From contig JACPJO010000002.1 in assembly GCA_016187485.1 (NCBI GenBank), positions 27,912-91,911 of the forward strand: 64,000 nucleotides of DNA. The letters are read 5' to 3'. The position numbers and the translations under genes were made by a program. The notes under the pieces were generated by a model. The model was not told where the DNA came from. It saw only the letters and a list, made by a program, of their open reading frames with translations, and searched no databases. Positions 1-11,283 of the stretch are shown here, in pieces (positions within the stretch are counted from its first letter, which is position 1; every line of letters starts with the position of its first letter). The DNA is from Candidatus Uhrbacteria bacterium (GTDB lineage: Bacteria > Patescibacteriota > Patescibacteriia > UBA9934 > UBA10169).

Positions 1-88
1 ATCAAGTGATAGGTATTGAACAGACAGACAAGGAGAAAGAAAAACAGGAAGACTCCAAAGGGAATGAGCACGTACCAGAGAGGGAATG

Positions 89-1129
89 TCATAAGAGGGA
101 GGGGGAAACTGCGGGACAGGGAAGACCGAGATGTTCGTACGCTCGAGGGGTGGCTTTGCGGCCGCGTGCGGAGCGTTCCAGGAATCCAAGCTGGAGTAAA
201 AATGGTTCATGTACGTCTTCAAGTGTGTCCGTTTCTTCTTGAGTGGCGGCAGCGAGAGTGGAAAGACCCACAGGGCCGCCGCCGAACTTCTCCACGAGCG
301 TATGTAAAATGTGCCGGTCTGCGGCGTCCAGGCCAAGTGGATCAATCGCGAGCATCTCGAGCGCTGCAAGCGCGCTCTCTGCCGTGACGGTGCCGCTTCC
401 GCGGACTTCGGCAAAGTCGCGTGCGCGCTTCAGCAGACGATTTGCGACGCGCGGGGTGCGGCGTGCGCGTGATGCAATGACCGATGCCGCCTCGTGTTCC
501 ATAGGGATGCTCATTTTCGCTGCGCTTTGGTGCACGATGCGCTCAAGCTCTGCCGGAGTGTAAAAGTTGAGGTGATAGGTGGCGCCGAAACGATCACGCA
601 TGGGGCTTGAAAGCAAGGAGAGGCGCGTGGTGGCGCCGATAAGCGTGAACGGCTCAAGGTTCAACCGGAGAGTGCGCGCCGTCGGTCCCTTTCCCACCAC
701 GAGATCAAGCACAAAATCTTCCATTGCGGGGTAGAGGACTTCTTCGATCATTTTGTTAAGGCGGTGGATTTCGTCAATGAAAAGGATGTCGCCCGGACCG
801 AGATTGGAAAGGATAGCAGCCAAATCGCCCACGCGCTCAAGCGCTGGCCCGCTTGTAATGCGGATGTTGGCGCCCATTTCTCTCGCAAGGACGTGGGCGA
901 GGGTCGTTTTTCCTAATCCAGGATTGCCGTAGAGAAGCACGTGCTCCAGAGGCTCTTGCCGTGCCTTCGCCGCTTCAAGGAAGATATGCAGATTTTCCTT
1001 CAGCTCTTCTTGTCCAACGAACTCTTCAAGGGTCTCTGGACGCAAACGCATTTCAAACGACCGCTCCTCGTTATTTGTATTTTGTGGAGTGACTGGAGAG
1101 GCGAGTTGTTCTTCTGTCCGCTCGAGCAT
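89..1129 (-). CDS. ruvB: Holliday junction branch-migration ATPase RuvB
   Basis: Walker [12 protein letters not shown], Walker [12 protein letters not shown], and the RuvB-typical C-terminal winged-helix region. Full-length 346 aa ORF. Confidence 0.9.
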   Translation of the reverse strand: MLERTEEQLASPVTPQNTNNEERSFEMRLRPETLEEFVGQEELKENLHIFLEAAKARQEPLEHVLLYGNPGLGKTTLAHVLAREMGANIRITSGPALERVGDLAAILSNLGPGDILFIDEIHRLNKMIEEVLYPAMEDFVLDLVVGKGPTARTLRLNLEPFTLIGATTRLSLLSSPMRDRFGATYHLNFYTPAELERIVHQSAAKMSIPMEHEAASVIASRARRTPRVANRLLKRARDFAEVRGSGTVTAESALAALEMLAIDPLGLDAADRHILHTLVEKFGGGPVGLSTLAAATQEETDTLEDVHEPFLLQLGFLERSARGRKATPRAYEHLGLPCPAVSPSLL

Positions 1130-1178
1130 AGTGTGGCCATTTTCCCAGCTCCTGTGATGTACGTCAATTTCAATACTG

Positions 1179-1263
1179 TGGTGCTACGGGAGGGATTCGA
1201 ACCCTCAATCCTTGCGGCAAGGGAGTTTAAGTCCCTCGTGTATACCAATTCCACCACCGTAGC
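1179..1263 (-). tRNA. tRNA-Leu (anticodon UAA), long variable arm, CCA encoded
   Basis: Reverse complement folds as a cloverleaf. Acceptor GCTACGG pairs with CCGTAGC, anticodon loop is CTTAAAC, and the T-loop is GGGTTCGAATCCC. Confidence 0.85.
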
Positions 1264-1352
1264 ATGTAAAAGGCCACAAAAGCGTACCGTGGAAAAGTTG
1301 AACTGTCCACTCTTGCGAGTCGTGGCCTCGCGTGTTATATTCGTCTCGTTTT

Positions 1353-1427
<75 letters not shown>

Positions 1428-1456
1428 TCTCGTTTTCACATGTTCCTCGATCAAAA

Positions 1457-1481
1457 AGACTCCATGGCTGGAGTCTTTTTG
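1457..1481. terminator. Rho-independent terminator-like hairpin, bidirectional
   Basis: AGACTCCA-tggc-TGGAGTCT stem-loop followed by TTTTT and preceded by an A-run. It sits between tRNA-Gly (+) and the 3' end of the minus-strand LTD-domain gene. Confidence 0.5.
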
Positions 1482-1622
1482 CGTTTCGGGTTTTTTGCGG
1501 ACTATGGCCTGCTGATAGCCTGTAGTTCACTCACGGCTTGCGGTTCAACCTCGAGGGTATTGGCCAGCGATTGGAAAGCGATCGTGATCTCCTTGTACCA
1601 CTTTGCTCCAGAATAGTCTTTC

Positions 1623-3710
1623 TTAGTTTCCATACGATGTTTGGAGAGTAAGGTGTTTTAATCTACGCGAACGGAGAAACCAACCGAGGAGAAGAAGCAT
1701 GCCGAAGGTAAAGACGGCAAAACTCCACAGCCATCGTGGCGGTTCACGCACGGCCAAGACGAGGCCCGAAGCGGCTGGTTCCTCTGCGGGTTGTTCCAGG
1801 ACGATGTCCTCTTGTGTACGTGGCAAGAGCTGGCGTGTCCCGTTTGAGAGGACGAGAATCCCTGTAATGGTGACCTTTTCGCCGGGGCTCAACGAGGTGA
1901 AGTTTATGCCGGTGGGACGTTTCGCCGAGACGATTAGCTCATGTGTTCCTTCTTGCAGACGCACGCGTTCCGAGGCGGCCTCGACAACTTCTCCTTCCGT
2001 TTTAAGAAGCGCGCCCACATGCTTGTCGCCGATCTCACCAAGCGGAAGCACTGTTGCCACGGGGGGCTCTTCGTGTCCGAGAATGGTGATGTGCTCGCGC
2101 GCACTCACCTTGAATCGTTTCTGTCCGTAGGCCTCGCCAAAAGTTCCTTGCATCCGCACACGGTCGCCGAGCGCAAGCTCTGGAAAGTCTGCTTTCTGCA
2201 TGTAGACCTGTGTATCCGGGTTTTGCACATAGAATTGTTGCGTGGAGAATGCCCCGGGCAGAGCGGACACAATCGCTTCGATGATCTCCGTGCGCGATGT
2301 CGAACTTTTCTTTACCTTTACTGAAGATGCGACGGCTATTTCTGGCGTATCGGGAGTGGGGGTGAGAGAGACGGGGGGAATCTCAAGAGGAGGGGGGCTT
2401 GGAGCCTCTCCGGACGGAGCGAGTGCCGCCATTTGCCCTTGCCACCGCCACGTCTCACCCTCTTTGCGGTAGCGGCCACCCTTTGGCGCATCTTTATAGG
2501 TCACGGAGTCAATGGGTATGCCGTTTGGGTGTACAAGAGTGATCGTGTCCGTGTCGTTGTTGAGGGTGATCTTGGTGAGGGGACGCGGAAGCTGCACTTC
2601 TGCATGTGCGGCAACTACGTGTGTACCCTCCGCTTTCCATACTTTGCCTCCTGCGTCTGCAAGCGACCAGCCGTAAAGCTCTGCTGGTGCATCTCCCGTA
2701 TTCACGATGGTGACGTATTCTTCTTCCTCGTCGGCGCCGTGTGGACGGGGATAGAGTTCTCCAAGACGCAGAGTAACGGCGAGGGGCGTCTCGGGGATGC
2801 TGGCTTGTGTAAGGCTAATCTCGGAGGGGGGAGGGGGCGATCCAGTAATTTCTGGAATCACAAGCGCAGGAGTTGAGGCGACCTCTGGTTCGCGCGGGGG
2901 TGGCGGGGGAGGGAATGTATTTGGAAGGCGCGGGCTTGCCGCGCTTGTTTTCTTCCACCCATCGACGCTCCATCCGGCCGTCTCGCCTTTTTGGAATGTG
3001 CCGCTGTACGCAGCGCTATCAATCACATCGCCGTTTGCGGCGTGAAGGACGACGCGGTCGCCAGAATTGTTGAGGATGCTGCCGGGCACCTCGACGAGTG
3101 CATACTGGTCAAAGCCGACCATGACATCGGGAAACTCCACGCGCTTATTACTGGCGTCGGTCAGATACATTCCTCGCGTGAGGATAAGATTGTTGTAAGG
3201 ATTGTAGATCTCCACCCACTCGGTTTCTCCTTCAATAGGGTTGGGAAGAATCTCGTTTATGCGCAGCGACCCCGGAGCGACGAGGAGCGGCGGCTCTTCT
3301 GCGGAAACGGTTGTCTGCATCTCTGTCGAGGCGGGCGCCCCTAGGGGATCAGGTGCGGCGGGAGAGTCATCGCTTCGAGGAAGAGGGTCCGCGACGGGTA
3401 TCTCGACAGCAGATCCGGAGGAGTCCGCAGGAGGTGAAGGATCCATTGGTAACGCCGCAACTGCGGGGAGGGTGATGATCGTGGCATCGGGCGTTTGCGT
3501 GTAGCGTGTGGGGCCATAGAGTTGTTCAATAAGACGAATAAGTGTCGTGGGGTCGAGTGTCCCTTCCGGAATTGTTATTTCCACGCTGGTGGTTTGTCGG
3601 ATGATCACCGGACGTTCTGGTGCGATTTCCGCATGTGCAGGAAAGGCGACAAATGTCGCCGCAGCCGAGAGGGCACACCCAACCAACCGTGCAAAGTGAC
3701 GTAAGAACAT
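1623..3710 (-). CDS. Membrane-anchored secreted protein with two lamin-tail-domain (LTD)-like modules and a Pro-rich linker
   Basis: The probable start is the internal Met MFLRHFARLVGCALSAAATFVAFPAHA, which is signal-peptide-like. The ORF-track start at 3803 is probably too long. Two LTD-like segments are present: INEILPNP..EWVEIYNP and LGELYPRPHG..EYVTIVNTG. There is a PPPPPP linker and a C-terminal hydrophobic helix WLWSFAVFTFGMLLLLGWFL. Confidence 0.5.
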   Translation of the reverse strand: MFLRHFARLVGCALSAAATFVAFPAHAEIAPERPVIIRQTTSVEITIPEGTLDPTTLIRLIEQLYGPTRYTQTPDATIITLPAVAALPMDPSPPADSSGSAVEIPVADPLPRSDDSPAAPDPLGAPASTEMQTTVSAEEPPLLVAPGSLRINEILPNPIEGETEWVEIYNPYNNLILTRGMYLTDASNKRVEFPDVMVGFDQYALVEVPGSILNNSGDRVVLHAANGDVIDSAAYSGTFQKGETAGWSVDGWKKTSAASPRLPNTFPPPPPPREPEVASTPALVIPEITGSPPPPSEISLTQASIPETPLAVTLRLGELYPRPHGADEEEEYVTIVNTGDAPAELYGWSLADAGGKVWKAEGTHVVAAHAEVQLPRPLTKITLNNDTDTITLVHPNGIPIDSVTYKDAPKGGRYRKEGETWRWQGQMAALAPSGEAPSPPPLEIPPVSLTPTPDTPEIAVASSVKVKKSSTSRTEIIEAIVSALPGAFSTQQFYVQNPDTQVYMQKADFPELALGDRVRMQGTFGEAYGQKRFKVSAREHITILGHEEPPVATVLPLGEIGDKHVGALLKTEGEVVEAASERVRLQEGTHELIVSAKRPTGINFTSLSPGEKVTITGILVLSNGTRQLLPRTQEDIVLEQPAEEPAASGLVLAVREPPRWLWSFAVFTFGMLLLLGWFLRSRRLKHLTLQTSYGN

Positions 3711-3837
3711 AGGAATAAGTTTATGGCGCGCCAAACAAAATATCTCCCCAACGAGGGAGATATTTGTTATGATCATTCCACCACAAATTGAGAAAAAAGT
3801 CAATGACTGTTAGGATGCTTTTTGTGCATAACTTTTA

Positions 3838-3922
3838 GCCGAGGTGGCGAAATTGGTAGACGCGCCAGCCTTAGGAGCTGGTGGGGCAACCCGTGGGGGT
3901 TCGAATCCTCTCCTCGGCACCA
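3838..3922 (+). tRNA. tRNA-Leu (anticodon UAG), CCA encoded
   Basis: Acceptor GCCGAGG pairs with CCTCGGC, anticodon loop is CTTAGGA, there is a long variable arm, and the T-loop is GGGGTTCGAATCC. Confidence 0.85.
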
Positions 3923-3955
3923 CAAATCACCTTCGTGATTAAAATTCTTCTCTCT

Positions 3956-4318
3956 ATGCATGAAGGACTACATCGTCCCGTTGAGGTAAAAGTAACCTTA
4001 CCCACAGAACTCGAGCTCACCAACCGGATCGGAGCCGCTGTTTCCGATCTCAATAAGCGTGTGAAAAACCGCGAGCGCATCACGGTACGTGCGCGTCTCT
4101 ACACAGAAGTCCTGCCGGAACTTCAAAGGCTTCTTGAAGAGCAGGAAGCTCCTATGGGGGACCCGGAGTTGGCTGAAAAAATTCGTCCGCTTGTGATGGA
4201 GGCCGGGAAGACACTCACAAAAAGCGTGCGGACCCAAGTTGAAGAGTCCCTGCTTGATGCGTTGCGGGCATTTAGAGTGGAGTTTATTACTCCGCCAAGT
4301 CAAGAAGAGGCAGCGTAG
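3956..4318 (+). CDS. Hypothetical small protein
   Basis: ORF 3881..4318 overlaps the tRNA. The first Met after the tRNA is at 3956 (MHEGLH...). I recognise no family. Confidence 0.3.
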   Translation: MHEGLHRPVEVKVTLPTELELTNRIGAAVSDLNKRVKNRERITVRARLYTEVLPELQRLLEEQEAPMGDPELAEKIRPLVMEAGKTLTKSVRTQVEESLLDALRAFRVEFITPPSQEEAA

Positions 4319-4361
4319 AGTGATTGTCACCACGGGAGCTTCCTGATAGGATCGGGCCATT

Positions 4362-4958
4362 ATGCGCGTCACTCTCGTTCATGGCATGAATGCCACTCCC
4401 GCATCGAATTTTCACCCGTGGCTCAAGCGCGAGCTTGAGGCCCGCGGGTTTAGCGTACGGGTTCCCGAACTTCCTCTGCACTCCGGCGAGCCGCTCGAGA
4501 TCCTTCCGCTCATGGAGATTCTGCACGAGAAGATCGGTATGTTGGACCACGAAGATATTTTGCTTGGGCACTCGCTTGGTGCGGTGCTCGCTCTTCGGTA
4601 CTTGGAATATGTGGAACTGAAAGGTCGGCCGCGCGCGTGCATTCTTGTGGGGGCGCCCTGGCAGGTAAAGACGCCAGAACTTCAAACACTTTTCATGACA
4701 GATCTGGACTTTGACGTCGTGCCGTGGAAGGCCTCGGAATTCTTTGTCGTCCATTCGCCCGATGACAACCTTGTGCCGTTCGATCACGCGAAGAAGTGGG
4801 CAGAGGCATTGAAAGCGCAGCTCGTGGACGCGAACGGTAACGGACACTACATGGACACAGAGTACCCGGTGCTCCTCGATCTTATTTCTGATGTCGCGAA
4901 GCAGGCGCTCGAATTTGCGCCAGGGCAGAGCCTTCCCGACGAACTTGCCGGACTCTAG
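4362..4958 (+). CDS. Alpha/beta-fold serine hydrolase (YdeN/RBBP9-like)
   Basis: GHSLG nucleophile elbow (LLGHSLGAV) with downstream Asp/His candidates (SPDDNLVPFDHAKKW). About 198 aa, the typical length for this small esterase family. Confidence 0.55.
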   Translation: MRVTLVHGMNATPASNFHPWLKRELEARGFSVRVPELPLHSGEPLEILPLMEILHEKIGMLDHEDILLGHSLGAVLALRYLEYVELKGRPRACILVGAPWQVKTPELQTLFMTDLDFDVVPWKASEFFVVHSPDDNLVPFDHAKKWAEALKAQLVDANGNGHYMDTEYPVLLDLISDVAKQALEFAPGQSLPDELAGL

Positions 4959-5052
4959 GCCCGTTTTTTAAGGATTTCCTTCATAAAATGAGCTTGACTT
5001 TCGCATAGACTGGTTGTGGAAAGGTTGAGGATAGAAAGCGGCGAGGAGGCTA

Positions 5053-5081
5053 TTGACAGGGAGAAGGGCCTACGATAAGAT
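5053..5081 (+). promoter_or_regulatory. Candidate sigma70-type promoter for the 23S-5S operon
   Basis: TTGACA, then a 17-nt spacer, then TAAGAT, about 440 nt upstream of the mature 23S 5' end. A second TTGACT lies near 4994. No 16S gene sits between the promoter and the 23S. Confidence 0.3.
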
Positions 5082-7673
5082 ACCTCCGCTTTATACACGG
5101 CTTCTGTGTCCCCGGAACGTGGAGATGAGATGGAGGGACGGAGGGAAGCGCGTGGTGAACCCAACATGAACTACATCGTAGAACAATCGTTGCGGAAACA
5201 TCACACGCCATAAACCCCCTCTTAGGGTGCGTCTGATGTTCCCGCGATTCGCGGGAATTTTGTTTCACTACAGAGCATTGCTCCGGGCATCGAATCAGTG
5301 CTCTGGCGTGAAGGCCAGACGGAACCTTCACAATTTACACACCAATACAAACAATGTCGCACGCAGAAATGCGTGTGGCGATGGCATGGAAAAAGCCTCA
5401 ACTACAAGGCATGGGGAGTCAGCGTCGGAGTCGTACTTTTTGTACGACGACGAGCTGACGGGGCCCCATAACGCCGTAGATGAGGAATTTTTACATGCCA
5501 GATCTATACAGATAGTGGGTGAAGAGCATAAGGGCAGATGGTGGATGGCTCGACCATAGACGCCGATGAAGGACGTAGCAGCCTGCGATAAGCTTCGGGG
5601 AGGTGGCAAGCAACCTTTGATCCGGAGATCTCCGAATGGGGAAACCCGGTCTGAAGAAGTCAGATCATCCAACACTGAATACATAGGTGTTGGGAGGTTA
5701 CCTGGTGAAGTGAAACATCTCAGTAGCCAGAGGAAAAGAAAAAGATAGCTCGTTGTGTATACGAAGGTTCTCCATTGGGAGCTTTCGTATACAACAACGA
5801 GAACATTCCCCTAGTAGTGGCGAGCGAACGGGGAACAGTCTAAACTTCGTGGATGAAGCGTTGAACAAAGTGGGTATCATTGATATTCATCCGTTTGGCG
5901 TGAAAGGCAAGGGCCGTTGTCCACGGAGGGTTGCAAGATGCGCGCGCGTCTTTCCCTTGAAAGGCGACATGATCGTTGTGTTATAGGAGAATCTGCTGGA
6001 ACGCAGAACCAAAGAGGGCGAACGTCCCGTATCCAAAATATCAACACGACGTGTGGTGCGCATTCTTAAGTACCACGAGACACGAGAAATCTTGTGGGAA
6101 CCTAGCGCGACTATGTGCTAAGACTAAATACGTCTATGGATCGATAGTGAACAAGTACCGCGAGGGAAAGCTGAAAAGAACCCCGGAAGGGGAATGAAAT
6201 AGTTTCTGAAACCATCTGCTTACAAGGAATCGGAGTCCCTCCGTAGCCGCAAGGTGAAGAGGGATGACGGTGTTCCTATTGAAGAATGAGCCAACGAGTG
6301 TGCTGCATGTCGCCGGTTAAGTCCTCCGGGATGAAGCCAGAGTGAAAGCAAGCATTAACGTGCGTCTCTAGCAATGTTCAAGGATGAGTTTCTCATTCTT
6401 GAACATGGCTAGAAGGTGGCATGCACACGACCCGAAACCGGGTGACCTAACCATGACCAGGGTGAAGTCCCGCGAAAGCGGGATGGAGGCCCGAACTCAC
6501 GTGCTGTGCAAAACACGGAGACGAGTTGTGGTTAGCGGAGAAATTCCAATCGAACTCGGTAATAGCTGGTTCTCTCCGAGATAGCTTTAGGGCTAGCGTC
6601 GGTTACAGTCTGTTGGGGGTAGAGCACTGAATGGGACAACCGCCTTCGGGTAGGTGTCCTAACCAAACTCCGAATACCAGCAGATGATCCCGGCAGTCAG
6701 ACGATGGGGGCGAAGCTCCATACGTCGAAAGGGAAACAGCCCAGATCTCAAACTAAGGTCCCAAAATCATCGTTAAGTGTAAAAGGTGGTGAGAAGACTT
6801 ATACAGTCAGGAGGTTGGCTTAGAAGCAGCCATCCTTTAAAGAAAGCGTAACAGCTCACTGATCAAGTTTTCTTGCGCCAAAAATGAATCGGGGCTAAAC
6901 GGTGTACCGAAGTTGAGGATGTCCCGCCTTTGGCGGGACGTGGTAGGAGAGCATTCGTGTCAGCGCTGAAGCCATACTGCGAGGTGTGGTGGAGCGGCAC
7001 GAAGAGAGAATGTTGGCATAAGTAGCAAAAAGACGGGTGAGAACCCCGTCCGCCGCAAACCCAAGGTTTCCACAGCTACGCAAATCGTCTGTGGGTGAGT
7101 CGGGAGCTAAGGCGAGCCCGAAAGGGGTAGTCGATGCACAGCTGGTTAATATTCCAGCACTTCGTTTACGTTCTGATGGGGGGACGTTCCGTGTACCTTC
7201 CTGCGTCCTATGGCTATGACGTCAGGAACTCTGGAGTGGCTTGTAGGAAAATCCGCAAGCCGCAAGCTCCGGGGTTGTCGCAATCTCGGGTTACACCGAG
7301 GGAGAGGAGGGGAAGCGGAACCAAGAAAAGCCTCTAGGGTTAACGTAAACGAACCCGTACCGGAAACCGACACAGGTGGGTGGGCATGAATGTGCCAAGG
7401 CGTACGAGAGAATGATCGTTAAGGAACTAGGCAAAAAAGCGGCCGTAACTTCGGGATAAGGCCTGGTTGCTCCCGGGAGGGAGCGACCCGCAGCGAAAGA
7501 CGTCAAGCGACTGTTTACCAAAAACACAGGTCCCTGCAAAACCGTAAGGTGAAGTATAGGGGCTGATGCCTGGCCAGTGTCCGAACGTTAAGGAAGGGGG
7601 TCATGCCCGCAAGGGCGGCAGCCTTCGACTGAAGCGCGGATGAACGCCGGCGATAACTATAATCGTCCTAAGG

Positions 7674-7929
7674 TTTTCCGTATTTTGGCTAAATTTAGCG
7701 AAAGTACGGAGAAGGACTGGGACGATTACGGTGAGTGGGTAAACAAATGAAGTGCTGCCTCACTCTACAGTAATGTAGAGTTGGTCCAAACATGGCTATT
7801 TGCTGGGAACCAGTTGCCAACTGGGATCAGCAGGGAAGTCCTCCGTGGCGGGGACCCCTCAGAGACTAAACGCCGTGCCCCTGGTGCAATCAGGGTGAAG
7901 ATATAGTCCTCCGTCCAAAGGAAACGGAA
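7674..7929 (+). other. Intervening sequence in 23S at an E. coli L1917-equivalent site (probable small group I intron, no ORF)
   Basis: Conserved CCTAAGGT is separated from AGCGAAATTCC by about 256 nt of non-rRNA sequence. Confidence 0.45.
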
Positions 7930-7949
7930 AGCGAAATTCCTTGTCGGGT

Positions 7950-8656
7950 GAACCATGTTCCTCTGTGGTCGGAGAGAACTTGCCCGAGTATCGTGGTAAC
8001 ATGATACAAGCAATCCAGCTCATAACGGGGAATCCTCAATGAGGAAATCCCGTGGGAAGCCCCGCTAAAGGTGGGGCCCCGTAACGACTGACCCGAAAGG
8101 GGAGGTTCCGCAGGTGCGGGACAACACGCTGGCTCTTCCTGATAAGACCAACCTATGGAGATTAATCCATGGTATGTATCTGGATTCGTCGATGGTGAAG
8201 GGAGCTTTCTCGTTTCCTTTTCTGTTCGTCAAAAGATGACGATGGGAATTGAAGCGAGGCCAAGTTTCACCATCAGCCAACACAAGAGAAGTATAAATGT
8301 GCTAGAGCACATCAAGACATACTTCGGGTGTGGCACGATCCGTTACAACATCCATGATGATACATACAAATATGAAGTGAGAAGTCTGGGAGATCTTCTT
8401 TGGAAGATTATTCCGCACTTCGAGCAGTATCCTCTCAGAACGTTGAAGCAGAAAGACTTTGAAACGTTTCGAGATATTTGTTACCTCATGCACACGCAAC
8501 ACCATCGATGTTCGTCTGGTATTAGACAGATCATTGATGTCGCCTATCAAATGAACAATTTTGGGGCGAGGCGTTATACGAAAGAAGATCTCCTAAAGGT
8601 GGTGGGAAGATGAAGGTATAGTCTGAACATCATGGCAACATGATGACTAACATTGG
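7950..8656 (+). mobile_element. Intervening sequence in 23S at an L1931-equivalent site (probable group I intron) carrying a LAGLIDADG homing-endonuclease gene
   Basis: Conserved TTGTCGGGT is separated from AGTTCCGACCTGCACG by about 707 nt. It contains ORF 8155..8613. Confidence 0.55.
8155..8613 (+). CDS. LAGLIDADG-family homing endonuclease (single-motif, I-CreI-like)
   Basis: N-terminal [13 protein letters not shown] motif, about 150 aa. Lies wholly inside 23S intervening sequence B. Local GC is lower than in the flanking rRNA. Confidence 0.75.
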   Translation: MEINPWYVSGFVDGEGSFLVSFSVRQKMTMGIEARPSFTISQHKRSINVLEHIKTYFGCGTIRYNIHDDTYKYEVRSLGDLLWKIIPHFEQYPLRTLKQKDFETFRDICYLMHTQHHRCSSGIRQIIDVAYQMNNFGARRYTKEDLLKVVGR

Positions 8657-8688
<32 letters not shown>

Positions 8689-9169
8689 GACGACTGTCTC
8701 AACGATCAACTCGGCGAAATTGCAAGAGGAGTGAAGATGCTCCTTACTCGTAGTTAGACGAAAAGACCCCGTGAAGCTTTACTACAACTTGGTATTGGTT
8801 TCAGATTTCGCATGTTGAGCGTAGGTGGGAGCTTCGGCGCCAATGAGACACCACCCTTGCGTTATTTGAAGTCTAACTTCGGACCGTGAATCCGGTTCGA
8901 AGGACAGTATCTGGTGGGTAGTTTGACTGGGGCGGTAGCCTCCCAAAAAGTAACGGAGGCGTTTACAAAGGTTGGCTTAGCGCGGATGGAAATCGCGCTG
9001 AAAGGGCAAACCCACAAGCCAGCTTTACTGCAAGACTGACACGTCGCGCAGTCGCGAAAGCGGAAGTTAGTGATCCGACCGTACGACATAGGACGGCGGA
9101 AGCTCAACGGATAAAAGCTACTCCGGGGATAACAGGCTGATCAGGCCCAAGCGTCCACAGCGACGGCCT

Positions 9170-9210
<41 letters not shown>

Positions 9211-9241
9211 AAGAAGCTCCCAAGGGTTTGGCTGTTCGCCA

Positions 9242-9285
<44 letters not shown>

Positions 9286-10021
9286 GGACAAAACCGCGCT
9301 GTCTATAAATTCGACTATATGCTGGAAACCCTGAATGAGTCTCAACAGGAGTAGAGGCTCAAAGAATCTCACACTACGTGCTATGCTTATTAAATATGGC
9401 ACGTGAAAATGTGTTGAGTGCAGGCAATCAGCAGGGAAGATTACATCGTCTTCAACCGTGGTATATCAGTGGTTTTGTGGATGGGGAAGGAAGCTTTCAT
9501 GTGGCGCTCTATAAAGATGCACACATGAAGACGGGATGGAAAATCATCCCAGAATTCCACGTCTCCCAACGTATAAGCAGTCGCCAAGTTCTTGATAGGC
9601 TTGTGGACTTCTTTCGTTGTGGGTATGTAAAACCAAACCATAGAACAAGTTCTTCCGATTTGACGTACGTATATGTTGTACGGGATCGCGGAGATCTTCT
9701 AAAGAAAATCATCCCTTTCTTTCAGCGGCATAACCTCCAGACGGAGAAAGTAAAAGACTTTCAACTGTTTGCGAGAGTTGTACAGCTGATGGAAAAGGGG
9801 GAACACCGGAACACCAACGGAGTAAAAAAGATTTTCGAGATCGCATACCAGATGAATGGTGGCGGTCGGTATCGACGGAAAAAAATACAAGCGATGTAAA
9901 ACCCTCAGAGACTATATGTCGAATTCCGCCATTTGCGGAAAAGATATAGTCCGAACTGCATGGCGACATGCAGAGAACACAAGAAATTGTGTTCCTCCAC
10001 AATTGTGGAAGTAACATATTG
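9286..10021 (+). mobile_element. Intervening sequence in 23S at an L2593-equivalent site (probable group I intron) carrying a LAGLIDADG homing-endonuclease gene
   Basis: Conserved GTCGTGAGACAGT is separated from TCGGTCTCCTATC...CTAGTACGAGAGGACCGG by about 736 nt. It contains ORF 9378..9899. Confidence 0.55.
9378..9899 (+). CDS. LAGLIDADG-family homing endonuclease
   Basis: [16 protein letters not shown] motif. The probable start is the Met at 9396. About 170 aa, inside 23S intervening sequence C. Confidence 0.75.
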   Translation: MLCLLNMARENVLSAGNQQGRLHRLQPWYISGFVDGEGSFHVALYKDAHMKTGWKIIPEFHVSQRISSRQVLDRLVDFFRCGYVKPNHRTSSSDLTYVYVVRDRGDLLKKIIPFFQRHNLQTEKVKDFQLFARVVQLMEKGEHRNTNGVKKIFEIAYQMNGGGRYRRKKIQAM

Positions 10022-10151
10022 TCGGTCTCCTATCTACTATGAGCGTTGAAGGTTGAGGGAACCCATTCCTAGTACGAGAGGACCGGAATGGACGAACCTC
10101 TTGTGTACCGGTTGTTCTGCCAAGGGCATTGCCGGGTAGCAACGTTCGGTT

Positions 10152-10184
<33 letters not shown>

Positions 10185-10339
10185 TGATCCCAAGATAAGC
10201 CTTCGTATGAGACCCCTCCGAGACGAGGAGGTTGATAGGCCGCAGGTAGAAGCGTGGTAACACGTGAAGCCGAGCGGTACTAATCGGTCCAGCTCTTCAC
10301 CCACTACCTGTAAAGATCACTTTGTATTGAGCGCATTGT

Positions 10340-10447
10340 TCTGGTGACATTTCCGGCAGGGCCACACCCGTTCCCATCTCGAACACGGCCGTTAAGCCTG
10401 TCCGGGCCGATGGTAGTCACATGGCGAGAGTAGGTCGTCGCCAGAAC
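10340..10447 (+). rRNA. rrf: 5S ribosomal RNA
   Basis: CCACACCCGTTCCCATCTCGAACACGG...GCCGATGGTAGT...GAGAGTAGG matches the bacterial 5S consensus. Lies about 40 nt after the 23S 3' end. Confidence 0.85.
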
Positions 10448-10492
10448 AATGGGCTTGATACAAACACCTCGATGAAAAACCGTCGGGGTGTT

Positions 10493-11218
10493 TTATTTAA
10501 GTATGGTGATGCGCGGGTCCTTACGATCGAGGCCGGGACTGAAGGCAAAAACCTCTCGTACACGCAAACGAGGAACCCCCTCTGGTTCCTCGTAGGTAAG
10601 AGAAACGGCACGATGGCGAACTTTGATAATCCATGTGTGCTCGCCTACCTGCCACCCGCGCATAGGGAATGTCTGAAGTTCACGTTGCTCAAAGACAAAG
10701 GGAGATGGCACGGGGGCAAGCAGAGAGGAGCGTACCCATTCAATGGTATGGTGCTCGATCTCGGAATAAGGATCGTTCCACTGATGTGTGTGCGTAAATG
10801 TGCGGAGCGTTGATGGATCATGTGCCATGGACGCGAAGATTTTTTGAATATGTGCAGGCAGGAGATTCGGTGCCGCGTGCCCCGGTCCCATACTGATCGT
10901 GATGTAGCGTACCACCTCTTCGGGCATCATAAATCCGTGCGACTGTCCGGCACGGATGATGACACTTGCTCCAGGTTCCAGAGTGACGCAAGACTTCTGA
11001 CTAATGACCGTGAGCGTCCCCTTCACCACAAGATAAAAGCGGTCAGCTTGATGGATGTGGAGGGGGATGTACCCCGGCCTCGCGTGCGCATGGAGGAGCA
11101 GCTCGTACGTGTCGGTCTCTCTCCATCGCACAACTCCATGCCCCTGCTCGCCAATCTTTGGCCAGAGTTCTTGCGGCATCATTCCAAGTGGGAGAGTTTG
11201 TTCATCCATACTATCCAT
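10493..11218 (-). CDS. Cupin-domain protein (possibly bicupin)
   Basis: HAHARPGYIPLHIHQADRFYLVVKGTLTV...GASVIIRAGQSHGF is a typical cupin motif pair (G(X)5HXH...G...PxG..H). A second cupin-like half follows in the C-terminal region. Confidence 0.5.
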   Translation of the reverse strand: MDSMDEQTLPLGMMPQELWPKIGEQGHGVVRWRETDTYELLLHAHARPGYIPLHIHQADRFYLVVKGTLTVISQKSCVTLEPGASVIIRAGQSHGFMMPEEVVRYITISMGPGHAAPNLLPAHIQKIFASMAHDPSTLRTFTHTHQWNDPYSEIEHHTIEWVRSSLLAPVPSPFVFEQRELQTFPMRGWQVGEHTWIIKVRHRAVSLTYEEPEGVPRLRVREVFAFSPGLDRKDPRITILK

Positions 11219-11283
11219 CGTAGGGCGTGGGGAGAGTTTGTCAAGGATGGCATTCTTGTCAGATCACTTTTGCTGGGCTACTA

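Noticed and set aside
6-563. Plus-strand ORFs 6..242, 16..387, 243..563
   Set aside because: Antisense to or overlapping the well-supported ruvB gene. They are Arg/Ser-rich with no motif.
3881-3955. 5' extension of ORF 3881..4318
   Set aside because: Overlaps the 3' half of tRNA-Leu(UAG). The start was moved to the first Met after the tRNA.
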